A stretch of 64,000 nt of DNA. Source: an uncultured Planctomycetaceae bacterium (lineage in GTDB: Bacteria; Planctomycetota; Planctomycetia; Isosphaerales; Isosphaeraceae). The DNA is taken from the NCBI GenBank assembly GCA_963833985.1, contig CAWIAD010000001.1:1952001-2016000 (forward strand), written 5' to 3'. The notes beneath the pieces were generated by a model. The model was not told where the DNA came from, made no database searches, and worked only from the letters and a program-made list of their open reading frames with translations. The translations under genes and the position numbers were made by a program. Shown piece after piece: positions 1-11,002 of the stretch (positions are counted from its first letter, which is position 1; the number at the start of each line of letters is the position of its first letter).

Positions 1-93
1 CGCCTGCACGGCGCGTCCCGCCAGCGTGAACAGGCTCATGTTCCGTGCCTCAACATCGCTACCCTTGACCGCAAAGCATCACTGGTAAGCCGC

Positions 94-972
94 TCAGGCG
101 GCCGAAGCCGTGTCCGCCTCGGTGCTGCCGGCCTGAGCAGGGGGCGTGTCGGCCGCAAGGTCCGATGCGCTCCAGATGGCGGCCGGCGCCCGGCCCTGAA
201 GCTCGGACGCCAGCGAGGAATAGTCCTCGGCGCCCCGGCTGTTCGGCGCGTACTGGAAGATGGACTGGCCGAAGCTGGGACACTCGGCCAGCCGGATATT
301 GCGGCGAATCCTCGTGCGGTAGAGCTGCGCGTCCGCCCAGGGGACCGCGTTGTTCCGCCGCGCCGCGAAGAAGGCCTCCAGGTCCTCGATCACCTCGCTG
401 CCGTGCCGGGTCCCCGCGTCGTACAGGCAAAGCAGGATGCCGCCGACCTTGAGCTCCTTGTTGACCCTGCGAGAGACCAGGTGCACCGTCTCCAGCAGCT
501 TGGACAGACCATGCAGCGCCAGGAAATGCGCTTGCAGGGGAATGAGCACCTCGTTCGCCGCGCAGAGGGCGTTCAGGGTGAGTACCGAGAGCGACGGCGG
601 GCAGTCCATGAGCACGAAGTCAAACGGCTCGGTGTCGGCCGCAAGCTGATCGCGCAGAATCACCTCCCGGCCGACCGTGCCCAGCAGCTCCAGCTCGGCC
701 CCGGCCAGGTCAATGTGGCTGCCGCAGATTTGCAGGTTGTTTGCCACCTGCCGGCGCACGCTGGAGACGCTCATGTTGTGGGCGAGCACCTCGTAGAGCG
801 ACGGTCCGGAACGCCCTGGCAGCAATCCAAGGTGAAGCGTTGCATGGGCTTGCGGATCCATGTCGATGACCAGCGTCCGGTGGCCGTCCAGCGCCAGGGC
901 CGCGGCCAGGTTCACCGTTGTGGTGGTCTTGCCCACTCCGCCCTTCTGATTCAACACCGCAATCCGCCGCAT
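94..972 (-). CDS. parA: ParA/Soj family ATPase
   Basis: Deviant Walker A NQKGGVGKTTT, IDMDPQ, DCPPSL and IRRNIRLAECPSFG motifs; start taken at MRRIAVLN. Confidence 0.92.
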   Translation of the reverse strand: MRRIAVLNQKGGVGKTTTTVNLAAALALDGHRTLVIDMDPQAHATLHLGLLPGRSGPSLYEVLAHNMSVSSVRRQVANNLQICGSHIDLAGAELELLGTVGREVILRDQLAADTEPFDFVLMDCPPSLSVLTLNALCAANEVLIPLQAHFLALHGLSKLLETVHLVSRRVNKELKVGGILLCLYDAGTRHGSEVIEDLEAFFAARRNNAVPWADAQLYRTRIRRNIRLAECPSFGQSIFQYAPNSRGAEDYSSLASELQGRAPAAIWSASDLAADTPPAQAGSTEADTASAA

Positions 973-1152
973 TGTGGTTCCCTCCATGGAAGAATGCGAC
1001 CGGGCCGCGCCCTCTCGCCCGGGTGACCGGCGCTCCCGTGGGAAATGCTTCACGAGCGCGTGCTGGCTTCCCGCGGAACGGACCCGGAGACGCCGGAATC
1101 TAGCAGTTTGCGGCCGCAGCGCTAAGGCGAAGTGCAAGACAGGCAACCGCGT

Positions 1153-2892
1153 GGGTGTAAGACGCGGTTCGCGCCGCCCGAGGCCGGTGGTAGCATGTCA
1201 AGTCAAGTTTCCCAAATTGTCCGTCACCGGAAGTCCAAGGAGGGACCTGCTATGCCTTTCCGTAAGTCACCATCGATGGATCGCACCGGGGTCGAGCAGA
1301 TGGCCAAAGGGTGGGGGAAAATTGTGGCGCGACGGGTCCACGAAGAAGTTGGGCCTGACCTGGACCTCGATGCCGACGACATGGAACAAATGGCCATGAC
1401 CGCGGCCTGTGCCGTGGCCAAGGGAACCATCGAGGAACTCCTGAAGCAGAAAGCCTCCCTCTTGGGGGCCGAGCAGCCTTGTCCCAACTGCAAGCGGCTC
1501 TGTCCGGTGCAACGCAACGATCGAACCATTGAATTCTGGGGAGGCAAGGTCACCTACGCCGAACCGAAGTGCCACTGCCCGGCATGTCGCCGGGATTTTT
1601 TTCCCTCAGCGTCCGGCCTTGCGCCTCACGCCACATGACTACAGCCCTTCGGTGCTGCGCAAGATCGTCCGTTGCGGTGCCCGGGAGCCCTCCTTCCGGG
1701 AGGCGGCCGAGGCGATGGCGGAATTGGCCGAGGTGACCATCGGCAGTCGGCAGATCGGCCGCATCGCCCAGGAGGTCGGCCAACAATTGCAGGCCGAGAG
1801 AGATCAGCATGTGAGCGAACTTCAAGCCCATAAGCTCGAGCCGCGAGTCGAGACACGGCCGGCTCTGGCAGTGGTCGAGGTTGACGGCGGCCGGCTGCAG
1901 ATTCGCGGCCAGGGGGAAGGGCCCGGTGCCCATGATGCGTCCTGGCGTGAGGACAAGATCGCGATTCTGGCCACCATGGCCAATGTCGTCTCGGACTGCG
2001 ACCCGGAGCCGGAGTTGCCCGCCTGCTACCGCGACCGGGGATACGTCGAGAAGCTTGTCGGCGGGATCAGCGGGTCGAGCTCGATGGGCCTACAGGAGGC
2101 CCCGGCGGAGAACATCGACGAAGCATCTCTGCCGTCCCCCGGGGATCGGTCCGAGCCGAGGGAAAGGCCCGAACTGGTGGTGCGGACTTACGTGGCGAGC
2201 ACCTGCTCCAGCGAGCAATTCGGGCCGATGGTGGCCGCGGAGGCGTGGCGACGCAATCTCATGAAAGCGGCTCATCGGGCGTTCCTGGGGGACGGCTCGG
2301 CCTGGATCTGGAAATTGCAGCAACGGCATTTTCCGACCTTTCTGGCCATCGTTGATTTTCTCCACGCCCTGGGTCACCTGTTCGCGGCCGCCAAGGCTGC
2401 GGCGATCGAGACCGAAGGCCGCTGGGAGTTGTTCCAGGCATGGGCGGAGGCCTGCTGGAAGGGACGCGTGGGCCAGGTGATTGAGGAACTCCGTACCCTG
2501 CGAGATGCCCAGGCGTCCTTATCCGGAGACGAGCTCGAACGGCTGGCCGACGATGACCCGCGCAAGATCATCGCCCAAGAACTCGGCTACCTGGAGCATA
2601 ATCGAGAGCGGATGGACTACCCTGCTTATCGACGCGGGGGATTGCCGTGGACGAGCAGTCACGTGGAGTCGACCGTGAAGATCTTCAACCGGCGGGTCAA
2701 GGGGTCGGAGAAATTCTGGAGCGACGCCGGTGCCGAGACGATGCTTCAGCTTCGAGCGTCGTTCCTCTCGGAGGACGGACGCCTGGATCGGTACCTCAAA
2801 GAGAGGCCCAGCAGCCCCTTCCGCAACTATAAAGCCAGGGAAACTGGGAAAGCGGCGTAGGACCTCAGAAAAACGAACCGTGTCTTACACCC
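1153..2892 (+). mobile_element. ISKra4-family insertion sequence, 1740 bp
   Basis: 19-bp terminal inverted repeats GGGTGTAAGACGCGGTTCG (1153-1171) and CGAACCGTGTCTTACACCC (2874-2892), one mismatch; 9-bp direct repeat CAACCGCGT at 1144-1152 and 2893-2901; encodes a DDE transposase. Confidence 0.9.
1252..2860 (+). CDS. ISKra4-type DDE transposase in two overlapping frames (1252-1638 and about 1595-2860)
   Basis: ORF1 has CPNC...CHCPAC zinc motifs ending RRDFFP; ORF2 has VEVDGG, LGDGSAWIW, VDFLHA and SSHVES..K..RRVKG motifs; the frames meet at a T7 run (1596-1602). Confidence 0.85.
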
Positions 2893-3220
2893 CAACCGCG
2901 TGCGGGCTTCCGCCCCCGGCTGACCGGGCCGGCCGGGCGCCCCGAGCGGACACCAGCCCCCTTCCGGCTTCGATTCTTCATCGAGTCAGGTCGCCGGCAC
3001 GGGCTCACGTGCGCACACACACGTCCGCTGCTCTTGGCAGTGCAGTTCCCACCGTGATACGATTGCCTATCATAACACCGTAGAGCGATGGGCCTAACAG
3101 CCAGATCAAGGCCGGCGCACCGCGGTCCGGGACGCCTCTGCCGGTGTCATCGTTTCCGGCATGCACGGCCGGGCGGCCCGGGTCGGACGTGCAAGAAACA
3201 TCCGTGAAGGAGCAGCGATC

Positions 3221-5694
3221 ATGGTCGGGGCAATACGATGGCTGGGAGCGATCCTTCTGAGCCCGACGCTGGTCGCCGGGACTGCTGCGGCGATCTCTCT
3301 CGTACCGGCTCATCTCGCTGCCGCGAGCACCACCGCGACGGCCCAGGAGCCGGCCGCGGCTCCGGCCAGCGGACCGCCGGCCACGAGTCCAGCGGCCACG
3401 AGCCCTGTGCCGAAACCGGACGTGGCGCCGCTGTTCTCGCAGCCGGGCGACGATCCTCCCCGACCCTTCGTGCCGCTCCACCCCAGCACCGTCGACGACC
3501 GCCAGCGCACCGAAGCGCTGCGGCTTTACACCACGGCGCGCGGACTCGAGGATCGGGGCTCGTTCCAGGAGGCCGTCACCCTGCTCCAGCAGGCCCAGAA
3601 GCTCGATCCCGATTCCGTCGCCATCGTCCGGCGGTTGAGCCGCATCTACCTGGGAGCCCTGAGCCGGCCGGAACTCGCCGTCGAGTTCGGCAAGAAGGTG
3701 CTGGCGGCGGAACCCGATGACACAGAGACCCTCAGCCGCCTGGTCGAGTTCTACCTCCGCAAGAATGACCTGGCCGGCTGCCAGACCGTGCTCAAGGACG
3801 TGCTGGCCAACCCCAGGCTCGAGGCCCGCTCGCCCGGCCGCCTGCTGGCCCAGTTCGAGCTGGGCAAGCTCTACGCGGAGAAGCTCAACCAGCCCGAAAA
3901 CGCCGCCAGGGCGTACGCCGAGGTCCTCACCGGTCTCGACGACAAGACCGCCAACCGGCTCTCGCCCGCCGACCTCAATCGCATCCTGGGGAACGACCCC
4001 GCAACCGCGTACCTGAACTTCGGCAATACCTTCCTGGAGGCCAAACGCGACGATCTGGCGGTCAGGGCGTTCGAACGCGGACTCATCTATGATGAGGAGA
4101 ACCCGCAGATTCCCCTGCAACTGGCCGAGACGTTGCTCAAGCAGTCCCGGGGAGAACAGCGCTCGCCCTGGTGGAGCGCTACATCAGGCGCCAGCCTCAA
4201 TCGCTGGAGGCTTACGAGCTTTTGGCCAAGGTGCTCACCGCGCTGAAGCGTCAGAACGAGATCACGCCGCGGCTCGAGGAGGCCGCCCGCCGCGATTCCA
4301 AGAACGTTCCGCTTCAGTATGTGCTGGCCGACCGCTACCGCGAAACTGGCCAGACCGACAAGGCCGAGGCCCTCTACAAGGCCCTGCTCACCAGCCAGCC
4401 GACACCGCAAACCTATCGCGCCCTTGCGGCGTCGCTCTTGAAGCGCAGAAAGGCGGCCGACCTGCTGAAGGTCATCTGCGAGGCCATGATGCACCCCAGC
4501 GGCCTGGAGGCGGTCCAGGCACAGCTCCAGGCGGCCGCGGCCGATGATGAGCTCGCCGAGGCCATCCTGGACGCGGGCCTTCAGCAGCTTCAGTCGGACC
4601 CGCAAAGCCTGCCCCGCTCGGCCTTCAACGTGCTCAGCTTCATCGCCAATCCCGAACGCGGGTCCAACAAGACGAAGCGGCTGGAACGGCTGATCAAGCT
4701 CCAGCGCGTGATGCTGGCAAAGAACCCCAGCGCCCAGCTCTACAAGGAAATCGCCGACACGCTCCGCCGCCTTGATCAATATGCCGAGGCCGCCGCCACC
4801 ATTCGCCAGTTGATCGACAAGTATCCCGCCGAGAAGAACAGCCGCATCCTCTCCGCCCTGGCCGAGCTGGAGCGCCGGGCCGGCCACATCGACGCCGCGC
4901 TTTCCGCGGCCTCCCAGGCCTCGCAGCTTGATCCGAACGACGTTGAGGTCCTTGTCTTGCTGGCCGACCTTCTGAGCGACACCGGAAAGATCGATCAGGC
5001 CATCGCCATCCTCGAAAAACTCATCAAGAACGAGTCGGACAACGCCCGCTACCGCTTCGTGCTCGGTGGCCTGCTCGCCAAGTTCGGACGCAACGACGAG
5101 GCCGTGAAAGTCTTCCAGGAGCTGATCAAGCGGTTCCCCTCCAACGATGAGATCGTCAAGCTGGCCCATTCGAACCTGTCGATCGTCTACGTGAACCAGG
5201 GGGACTACGCCCGGGGCGAGGCCGAGCTTGAAATCCTCTTCCAGAAGACTCCGGACGACGCCGGCATCAATAACGACCTGGGATACCTCTACGCGGACCA
5301 GGGGAAGAATCTCGAGAAGGCCGAGACCATGATCCGCAAGGCCGTGACGGAAGACCCGGACCGGCCCGCCTACCTTGATAGCCTTGGCTGGGTGCTCTTC
5401 AAACGAGGCAAGGCCAGGGAATCGCTGGAGCCCCTCACGAAAGCCGTCGAGCTCCAGAAGCTCGAAGAAAAGCGCGGACTGGCCCCCCCGGATGCCACCA
5501 TTCGCGAACATCTGGGCGACGTCTATCTTCAGCTCAAGGAAGTGGACAAGGCGCGGCAGATCTGGGAAGAGGCCGAGCAAATCGCCTCCAAGGCCGTGCC
5601 GGCCGATAAACGACTCTCCGAGATTCGCAAGAAACTGGCGTCGCTCAAGGGCCTGGATTCCCTGCCCAAGACGTCATCCACCAGGACCCCTTGA
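3221..5694 (+). CDS. Secreted tetratricopeptide-repeat protein, apparent frameshift near 4150-4170
   Basis: Signal-like N-terminus and continuous TPR motifs across ORFs 3161-4246 and 4171-5694; C-terminal NDLGYLYADQG...AYLDSLGWV...EHLGDVY motifs. Confidence 0.75.
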
Positions 5695-5813
5695 TCTGAT
5701 CCGGCTCGATCCGGTTCGATCTCATCCCGTCCAATCCAGTCGAGACCAGCAGACCGGCGCCCGATGTGATGTCAGAGCGGGCCGCTCCGATTTCTCCAGG
5801 AGTTTTGATCACG

Positions 5814-6551
5814 ATGGCAGGTCATTCCCATTCGGCCAACATCGCCCACCGCAAGGGGCTTGTTGACGCCAAGCGAGGCAAGCTCTTCAGCAAGCTCTGC
5901 CGCGCCATTTACGTGGCGGCGCGTGTCGGCGGAGGCGATCCCGCCGCCAACATCCGCCTCCGCTACGCGATCGACAAGGCACGGTCGTACAGTTGCCCGA
6001 AGGACAACATTGAACGCTCCATCAAGAAAGCCACAGGGGAGCTCGGTGCGGAAAACTTCGAGGAAGTGGTGTACGAAGGTTATGGGCCTGGCGGCGTGGC
6101 CGTACTCTGCGAGGCACTGACCGACAACCGCAACCGCACCGCGGGAGATCTCCGCCGCGTGTTCGAGGCGGCCGGTGGCAACCTCGGTGCCAGCGGCTGT
6201 GTCAGTTACCTGTTCAACTACCGGGGCCTGTTCGTCATCGACCCGAAACACGTGTCCGAAGACCAGTTGACGGAGTTCGCCCTCGAAGCGGGCGCCGAGA
6301 ATGTCGAGCTCGTGGAAGGCTACTTCGAGCTCACCTGCGACCCCAAGATCTTCGAGACCGTACGCAAGATGCTCGAGGAGCAGAAGATCCCCACCGAAAG
6401 CGCCGAGACGAGCTACATCCCGACCACCTACGTCGACCTCGACGTGGAAAGTGGCAAGAAGATGCTCAAGCTGAAGGACAGCCTCGACGAGAATGAAGAC
6501 GTCCAGAACGTCTACGCCAACGACAACCTGCCGGAAGAAATCCTGGCCTGA
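5814..6551 (+). CDS. yebC: YebC/PmpR family DNA-binding regulator
   Basis: MAGHSHSANIAHRKG, YEGYGPGG, TDNRNRT and DVQNVYAN motifs. Confidence 0.95.
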   Translation: MAGHSHSANIAHRKGLVDAKRGKLFSKLCRAIYVAARVGGGDPAANIRLRYAIDKARSYSCPKDNIERSIKKATGELGAENFEEVVYEGYGPGGVAVLCEALTDNRNRTAGDLRRVFEAAGGNLGASGCVSYLFNYRGLFVIDPKHVSEDQLTEFALEAGAENVELVEGYFELTCDPKIFETVRKMLEEQKIPTESAETSYIPTTYVDLDVESGKKMLKLKDSLDENEDVQNVYANDNLPEEILA

Positions 6552-6699
6552 TGACGAGCGGCTCGATGGGGCTGCCAGCGCAGCCGGCGATCAGGTGTGG
6601 CAGTGAGTGGCGACTCACCGAGGACAGATGCCGAAGGCTGAGGCAAAGCGTATGGCCGTCACTTCACTCCCCCCTGCCCACCGCCCTCGGCCTACTCTT

Positions 6700-6893
6700 G
6701 ACAGGCAAGAATGCCTGTCCTCCTTTTCTCTCCACTGCCCACTGCCCTCGGCCCACTGCCCACTGCCGCCCTGGTGGGCCTCGCCTGCGGCTCGACCCAC
6801 CCTACAAACTCGCCTGCGGCTCGACCCACCCTACAAACTGCCTACTGCCTACTGTCCACTGCCTAATGCTCACTGCCTGCTGCCCACTGCTGA
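6700..6893. repeat. Intergenic REP-like cluster with heptamer repeats
   Basis: 29-bp tandem duplication CTCGCCTGCGGCTCGACCCACCCTACAAA (6780-6808, 6809-6837; minus strand begins GTAGGGTGGG); palindrome GACAGGCAAGAATGCCTGTC; runs of CTGCC(C/T)A heptamers at about 6735-6769 and 6838-6893. Confidence 0.7.
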
Positions 6894-6902
6894 AGGAAAC
6901 CC

Positions 6903-8072
6903 ATGCTCACCCCTTTTGTAAAATCCGAACGCCTGCGGAAGCTGCCGCCCTATCTCTTCGCCGAGATCGACCGCAAGAAGAAGGCCGCAATCGCCGCCGG
7001 CCGCGACGTGATCAACCTGGGGGTGGGCGATCCCGACCGGCCCACGCCCACGCCGATCATCCGCAGCTTGCAGCACCATGTCGAGAACCCGGCGTTCCAT
7101 CAATATGCGCTCGACCAGGGCGCACCCGAGCTGCGCCGGTCCATCGCCGCCTTCTGCAAGATGCGCTATGGCATCGACCTTGATCCCGACTCCGAGATCC
7201 TTCCCCTGATCGGCTCCAAGGAAGGCATCGCCCATTTCCCGCTCGCCGTGCTCAACCCCAGCGAGATCAGCCTGGTGCCCGACCCTTGCTACCCGGTCTA
7301 TCGATCGAGCAGCATGTTCGCCGGGGCCGACGTGTACACGATGCCCCTGGAACGCTCCCTCGGCTTCCGCCCCGACCTCGACGCCATCCCCGCCGACGTC
7401 TACAACCTGGCGCGGCTCATGTTCCTGAACTTTCCCAATAACCCCACCGGCGGCACGGCCGACCTGGCGTATTTCGAGCGCGTGGTGGCGCTGGCCCGGA
7501 CGCACGGCTTCGTGGTGGCCCAGGATGCGGCCTACAACGAGATGTATTTTGAACACCCGGTGCCGAGCATCCTCCAGGTCAGCGGAGCCAGGGACGTCGC
7601 CATCGAGTTCCACAGCCTTTCCAAGACCTTCAACATGACCGGCTGGCGCGTCGGCTTCGCCATCGGCGGCGCCCCCATGATCGCCGCGCTCGGGCAGGTG
7701 AAGGCGAACACGGATTCGGGGATCTTCACCGCCATCCAGTTCGCCGCCACGACCGCGCTGGACGAGTACGCCACGCTCACACCGCCCATCCGCGCCCTCT
7801 ACAAGGAGCGCCGGGATGCGTTTGTCGGGGCGCTCGCGAAGCTTGGCTGGGATGTGCCCACTCCCGAAGCGACGTTCTATGTCTGGATTCCCTGCCCGCG
7901 GGGCTACACCTCCACCCAGCTCTGCGGCCGCCTGCTCGAGGAGGCCGACGTCGTCACCACGCCCGGCCTGGGCTTCGGCCGAACCGCCGACGGATACATC
8001 CGCGTCGCGCTCACCGTCGAAACCCCGCGCCTGCTGGAAGCCGTCGATCGCATCGGCAAGCTTGCCTTGTGA
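6903..8072 (+). CDS. dapL: LL-diaminopimelate aminotransferase (class I/II PLP enzyme)
   Basis: LPPYLFAEID, LIGSKEGIAH, FPNNPTG, DAAY and EFHSLSKTFNMTGWRVG motifs. Confidence 0.85.
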   Translation: MLTPFVKSERLRKLPPYLFAEIDRKKKAAIAAGRDVINLGVGDPDRPTPTPIIRSLQHHVENPAFHQYALDQGAPELRRSIAAFCKMRYGIDLDPDSEILPLIGSKEGIAHFPLAVLNPSEISLVPDPCYPVYRSSSMFAGADVYTMPLERSLGFRPDLDAIPADVYNLARLMFLNFPNNPTGGTADLAYFERVVALARTHGFVVAQDAAYNEMYFEHPVPSILQVSGARDVAIEFHSLSKTFNMTGWRVGFAIGGAPMIAALGQVKANTDSGIFTAIQFAATTALDEYATLTPPIRALYKERRDAFVGALAKLGWDVPTPEATFYVWIPCPRGYTSTQLCGRLLEEADVVTTPGLGFGRTADGYIRVALTVETPRLLEAVDRIGKLAL

Positions 8073-8096
8073 ACGCGTCTTCCCCAGGGGTCGCGC

Positions 8097-9068
8097 ATGG
8101 GTACGCTCGCTCTGATTGGCCTGGGATCGAACCTGGGAGACCGCAAGGCTAACCTCGACGGTGCTGTCGAGACGCTTGGCCGCGTATCAGGCATCGCCGT
8201 TCACGCCGTCAGCTCGTACCACGAAACGAAGCCCGTCGGCGGCCCGGGCGGGCAGGGGGCGTTCCTCAACGCGTCGGCCGCCATCGAGACAGCCCTGGAG
8301 CCGCTCGCGCTGCTGCGCCGGCTGCACCAGGTTGAGGCTAGCACGGGCCGGGTTCGTACCGTCCGCTGGGGCGAGCGTACGCTCGATCTCGACCTGCTGC
8401 TCTACGGCGATGCGATCGTCGACACGCCCGAACTGACTGTTCCCCACCCCCGCATGGCCGTGCGCCGGTTCGTGCTGGCGCCGCTCGAGGAAATTGCACC
8501 GGACTGCACGGACCCGCTCACCGGGCGTTCCATCCAGCAGCTACGCGAGAACCTGGATCGGCGGCCGAGTTATCTGGCTCTGGAAGGCTGGTGGAAACAG
8601 CCCGAAAAACGCCAGGTGCTCGAGCGGCTCGTCGCGGAGTTGAACACGGGTTGCTGGAGCCAGACCGACCTGGAGCGCTTCGTGGACCGTGGCTGCCTTG
8701 CGGGTGCGGTCTCCTTGCTGTTCGGGCCGCTCGAAAAAAGCCTGGAGTTCCTGGCAACCCGCGATCGCCAGATATTCGGCAACCGCTGGATCGTCACCGA
8801 TTTCACGGTGGACGATCTTGCCGCCGATGCCCACGAGCGATGGGGCCCCCTCGAGCACGCCAGGCCGGGCTCGCTCACCAGCCAGCACGCCCGGCGCACG
8901 CTGGATCTCATCGAGCCCACGTTCATCGTCGCCGGCCATCGAGGTCCACATCGCCATGCGGATGCCGGAGCGATCCTCCGATCGACGCCCCGGCTGGTTC
9001 CCCGACCTGGAAACGCCGATACCCTGGTCGCGGAAATCCTCGCCGCGTGCACCGCGACGCGAACCTGA
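8097..9068 (+). CDS. folK: 6-hydroxymethyl-7,8-dihydropterin pyrophosphokinase with C-terminal extension
   Basis: IGLGSNLGDR, FLN, RWGERTLDLDLL and LTVPHPRM..RRFVL motifs. Confidence 0.9.
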   Translation: MGTLALIGLGSNLGDRKANLDGAVETLGRVSGIAVHAVSSYHETKPVGGPGGQGAFLNASAAIETALEPLALLRRLHQVEASTGRVRTVRWGERTLDLDLLLYGDAIVDTPELTVPHPRMAVRRFVLAPLEEIAPDCTDPLTGRSIQQLRENLDRRPSYLALEGWWKQPEKRQVLERLVAELNTGCWSQTDLERFVDRGCLAGAVSLLFGPLEKSLEFLATRDRQIFGNRWIVTDFTVDDLAADAHERWGPLEHARPGSLTSQHARRTLDLIEPTFIVAGHRGPHRHADAGAILRSTPRLVPRPGNADTLVAEILAACTATRT

Positions 9069-9160
9069 ACGGGGTCGTGACCCTCCACCGTCTTGCCCGC
9101 TTGTGGTACGCTTTTATCATTCCTTCACGGAACACTGTCCCGGGCGGTGGCACACGCATC

Positions 9161-9667
9161 ATGGCCAAAAAAGAGGCGGTAAAACCATCGGCGAAGGGTA
9201 AGGCTCCGGCCGCCGACGCGGGCATCAAGATCGTCGCGCGGAACCGCAAGGCGCGGCATGAGTACGAGCTTCTCGAGAAGGTGGAGGCCGGGCTGGTGCT
9301 CACCGGAACCGAGGTGAAGAGCCTGCGTAACGGCAAGGCGAACCTGGAAGACGCCTACGCGGAGATTGACAGGGACGAGGTCTGGCTGCTCGGCTGCGAC
9401 ATTCCCGAGTACCTCCAGGCCAACCGCATGAACCACGTTCCCAAGCGCAGGCGCAAGCTGCTGTTGCATCGCCGCGAGATCGCCAAGCTCGGGTCCAAGT
9501 CCGGCGAGAAGGGCCTGACGCTGGTGCCGCTGTCGATCTACTTCAAGAACGGCATCGCCAAGGTGGAGCTCTCGGTCGCGCGCGGCCGCAAGACCTACGA
9601 CAAGCGGGAAGCGATCAAGAAGCAGGACGCCAAGCGCGACATCGACAGGGCGAGCCGCCGGCGCTGA
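9161..9667 (+). CDS. smpB: SsrA-binding protein
   Basis: NRKARHEY, EAGLVLTGTEVKSLR, RKLLLHRREI and ARGRKTYDKR motifs; adjacent to ssrA. Confidence 0.97.
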   Translation: MAKKEAVKPSAKGKAPAADAGIKIVARNRKARHEYELLEKVEAGLVLTGTEVKSLRNGKANLEDAYAEIDRDEVWLLGCDIPEYLQANRMNHVPKRRRKLLLHRREIAKLGSKSGEKGLTLVPLSIYFKNGIAKVELSVARGRKTYDKREAIKKQDAKRDIDRASRRR

Positions 9668-9702
9668 TGGGATGCTGAAGGAAGATCCCGGTAGCAAAGC
9701 GG

Positions 9703-9730
9703 TGGACATCGGCGTGATCCGCCGTAGAAT
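9703..9730 (+). promoter_or_regulatory. Putative sigma70-type promoter of ssrA
   Basis: TGGACA-N16-TAGAAT about 30 nt upstream of the tmRNA 5' end. Confidence 0.5.
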
Positions 9731-9761
9731 GCTACTGGCCAGACTGTTGCCTGGACCATTC

Positions 9762-10128
9762 GGGGGCGAACCAGGATCGACCGGATGACCGAGGTGAACG
9801 GCGGCGTGCCGAGGTTGGTCAGCAGGCCTCGTAAAAAGCCGACCGAAACTTAACTGCCGACACTTACGTGCCGCAGTACCGTCTCGCTGCCTAAACCACA
9901 GCAACGGCCTCGCGCCGGGCCTTCTCCCGAGAGGTTCGGCCGGGGACGACAATTCGGGATCGCCTGAGCCAAACCTCCCGTTGCGGCCCGGGTTAAACTC
10001 ATGATGGGATAAGCCGAAGGGGACCCTGCCGGTCGGGGCCCCCAGGCCGACAATCAAACGATCGGCTACGCACGTAGATGCTCTCACTGACGCTTCTCGG
10101 GACGCGGGTGCAATTCCCGCCGCCTCCA
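9762..10128 (+). ncRNA. ssrA: tmRNA; predicted tag (A)ADTYVPQYRLAA encoded at 9856-9894
   Basis: 5' GGGGGCG pairs with 3' CGCCTCC-A and gives the G3-U70 alanine identity pair; T-arm GCGGGTGCAATTCCCGC; short ORF ending LAA-stop after TAACT; follows smpB. Confidence 0.93.
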
Positions 10129-10420
10129 CTACATGTGATGTAAGTTACTCCAGATAATACGTTTACGTCGATCAGAGACACTGCTTGGCTTCCCGACACA
10201 TCCAATCCTCGGCAAGATTACCGGCCGACGGCGAACGACGGAACGTCCTCTGAACTTTTGGTTCGAGACGTTCGTGTTCTTGGCCAGGACGTCGCTGTTT
10301 GCCCCCGGCGTGGCGAATGGCACCGGAACTCCAGCGCTCCCGCGGCGCGAGCATGGGACTCCCGCTTGGCGGTAGAACATCTCGGCGCAACGTTGCGGAA
10401 TCGAGGCAAGGTGCTGGGAT

Positions 10421-10503
10421 AAAAAACGAGCCGCGTCCCTGTTTCCTCTGGGAAAAAAACGAGCGGCGTCCCCGTTTCCTCCTCCGTCCCCGTTTCCTCC
10501 TCC
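10421..10503. repeat. REP-like short repeats (AAAAACGAGC..CGTCCC(C/T)GTTTCC)
   Basis: Three copies of CGTCCC(T/C)GTTTCCTC, two preceded by AAAAACGAGC. Confidence 0.55.
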
Positions 10504-10553
10504 TCGCCGCACGGCGGCTTCTTCCAGATTCAGCCGCGGCAAAACAGAATCCA

Positions 10554-10997
10554 TCAAGGCCATTGCGCCACCGTGAGGCCGGAGATACGCTCGAAATGGG
10601 CGAGGTTATTGGTCACCAGCGTCGCGGCGAGTGCGACGGCATGTGCGGCGATCAACAGGTCCATGGCGCCGATGATCTGGCCGGCTCTTTCCAGTTCGTC
10701 CCGGATCCGGCCGTAGTGCGCCGGGCAGGTGACGCCGTCGTGGTCGTACACCTCGAATGGCGTCAGGATCTCTTGAACGGCGGCGAGCTCGGTTTCATGA
10801 TCGCCACTCTTGCGGGCACCGAATTCGAGCTCCGAGACCGTGATGGCCGAAAGTCCGACCAGGTCGCCCCTCGTCTGGACCTCTCGGCATCGTGTGATCA
10901 GCGCCAGGGCCCTTTCGCGGCGGGCGCGCTGACGAGACGGCGCCTTGAGCCCGCGCAACATGAAGAAGACCATGTCCGTGTCCAGCATGTAGAGCAC
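10554..10997 (-). CDS. vapC: VapC PIN-domain toxin
   Basis: YMLDTD, SAITVSEL.FG, IGAMDLLIAAHA and LVTNNLAHF motifs. Confidence 0.92.
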   Translation of the reverse strand: MLYMLDTDMVFFMLRGLKAPSRQRARRERALALITRCREVQTRGDLVGLSAITVSELEFGARKSGDHETELAAVQEILTPFEVYDHDGVTCPAHYGRIRDELERAGQIIGAMDLLIAAHAVALAATLVTNNLAHFERISGLTVAQWP

Positions 10998-11002
10998 GGC
11001 AG

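Noticed and set aside
4087..5580. Long antisense ORFs (also 20230-21690, 32564-34258, 48921-50246, 54225-56273)
   Set aside because: Shadow frames opposite well-supported genes, expected from high GC codon bias.
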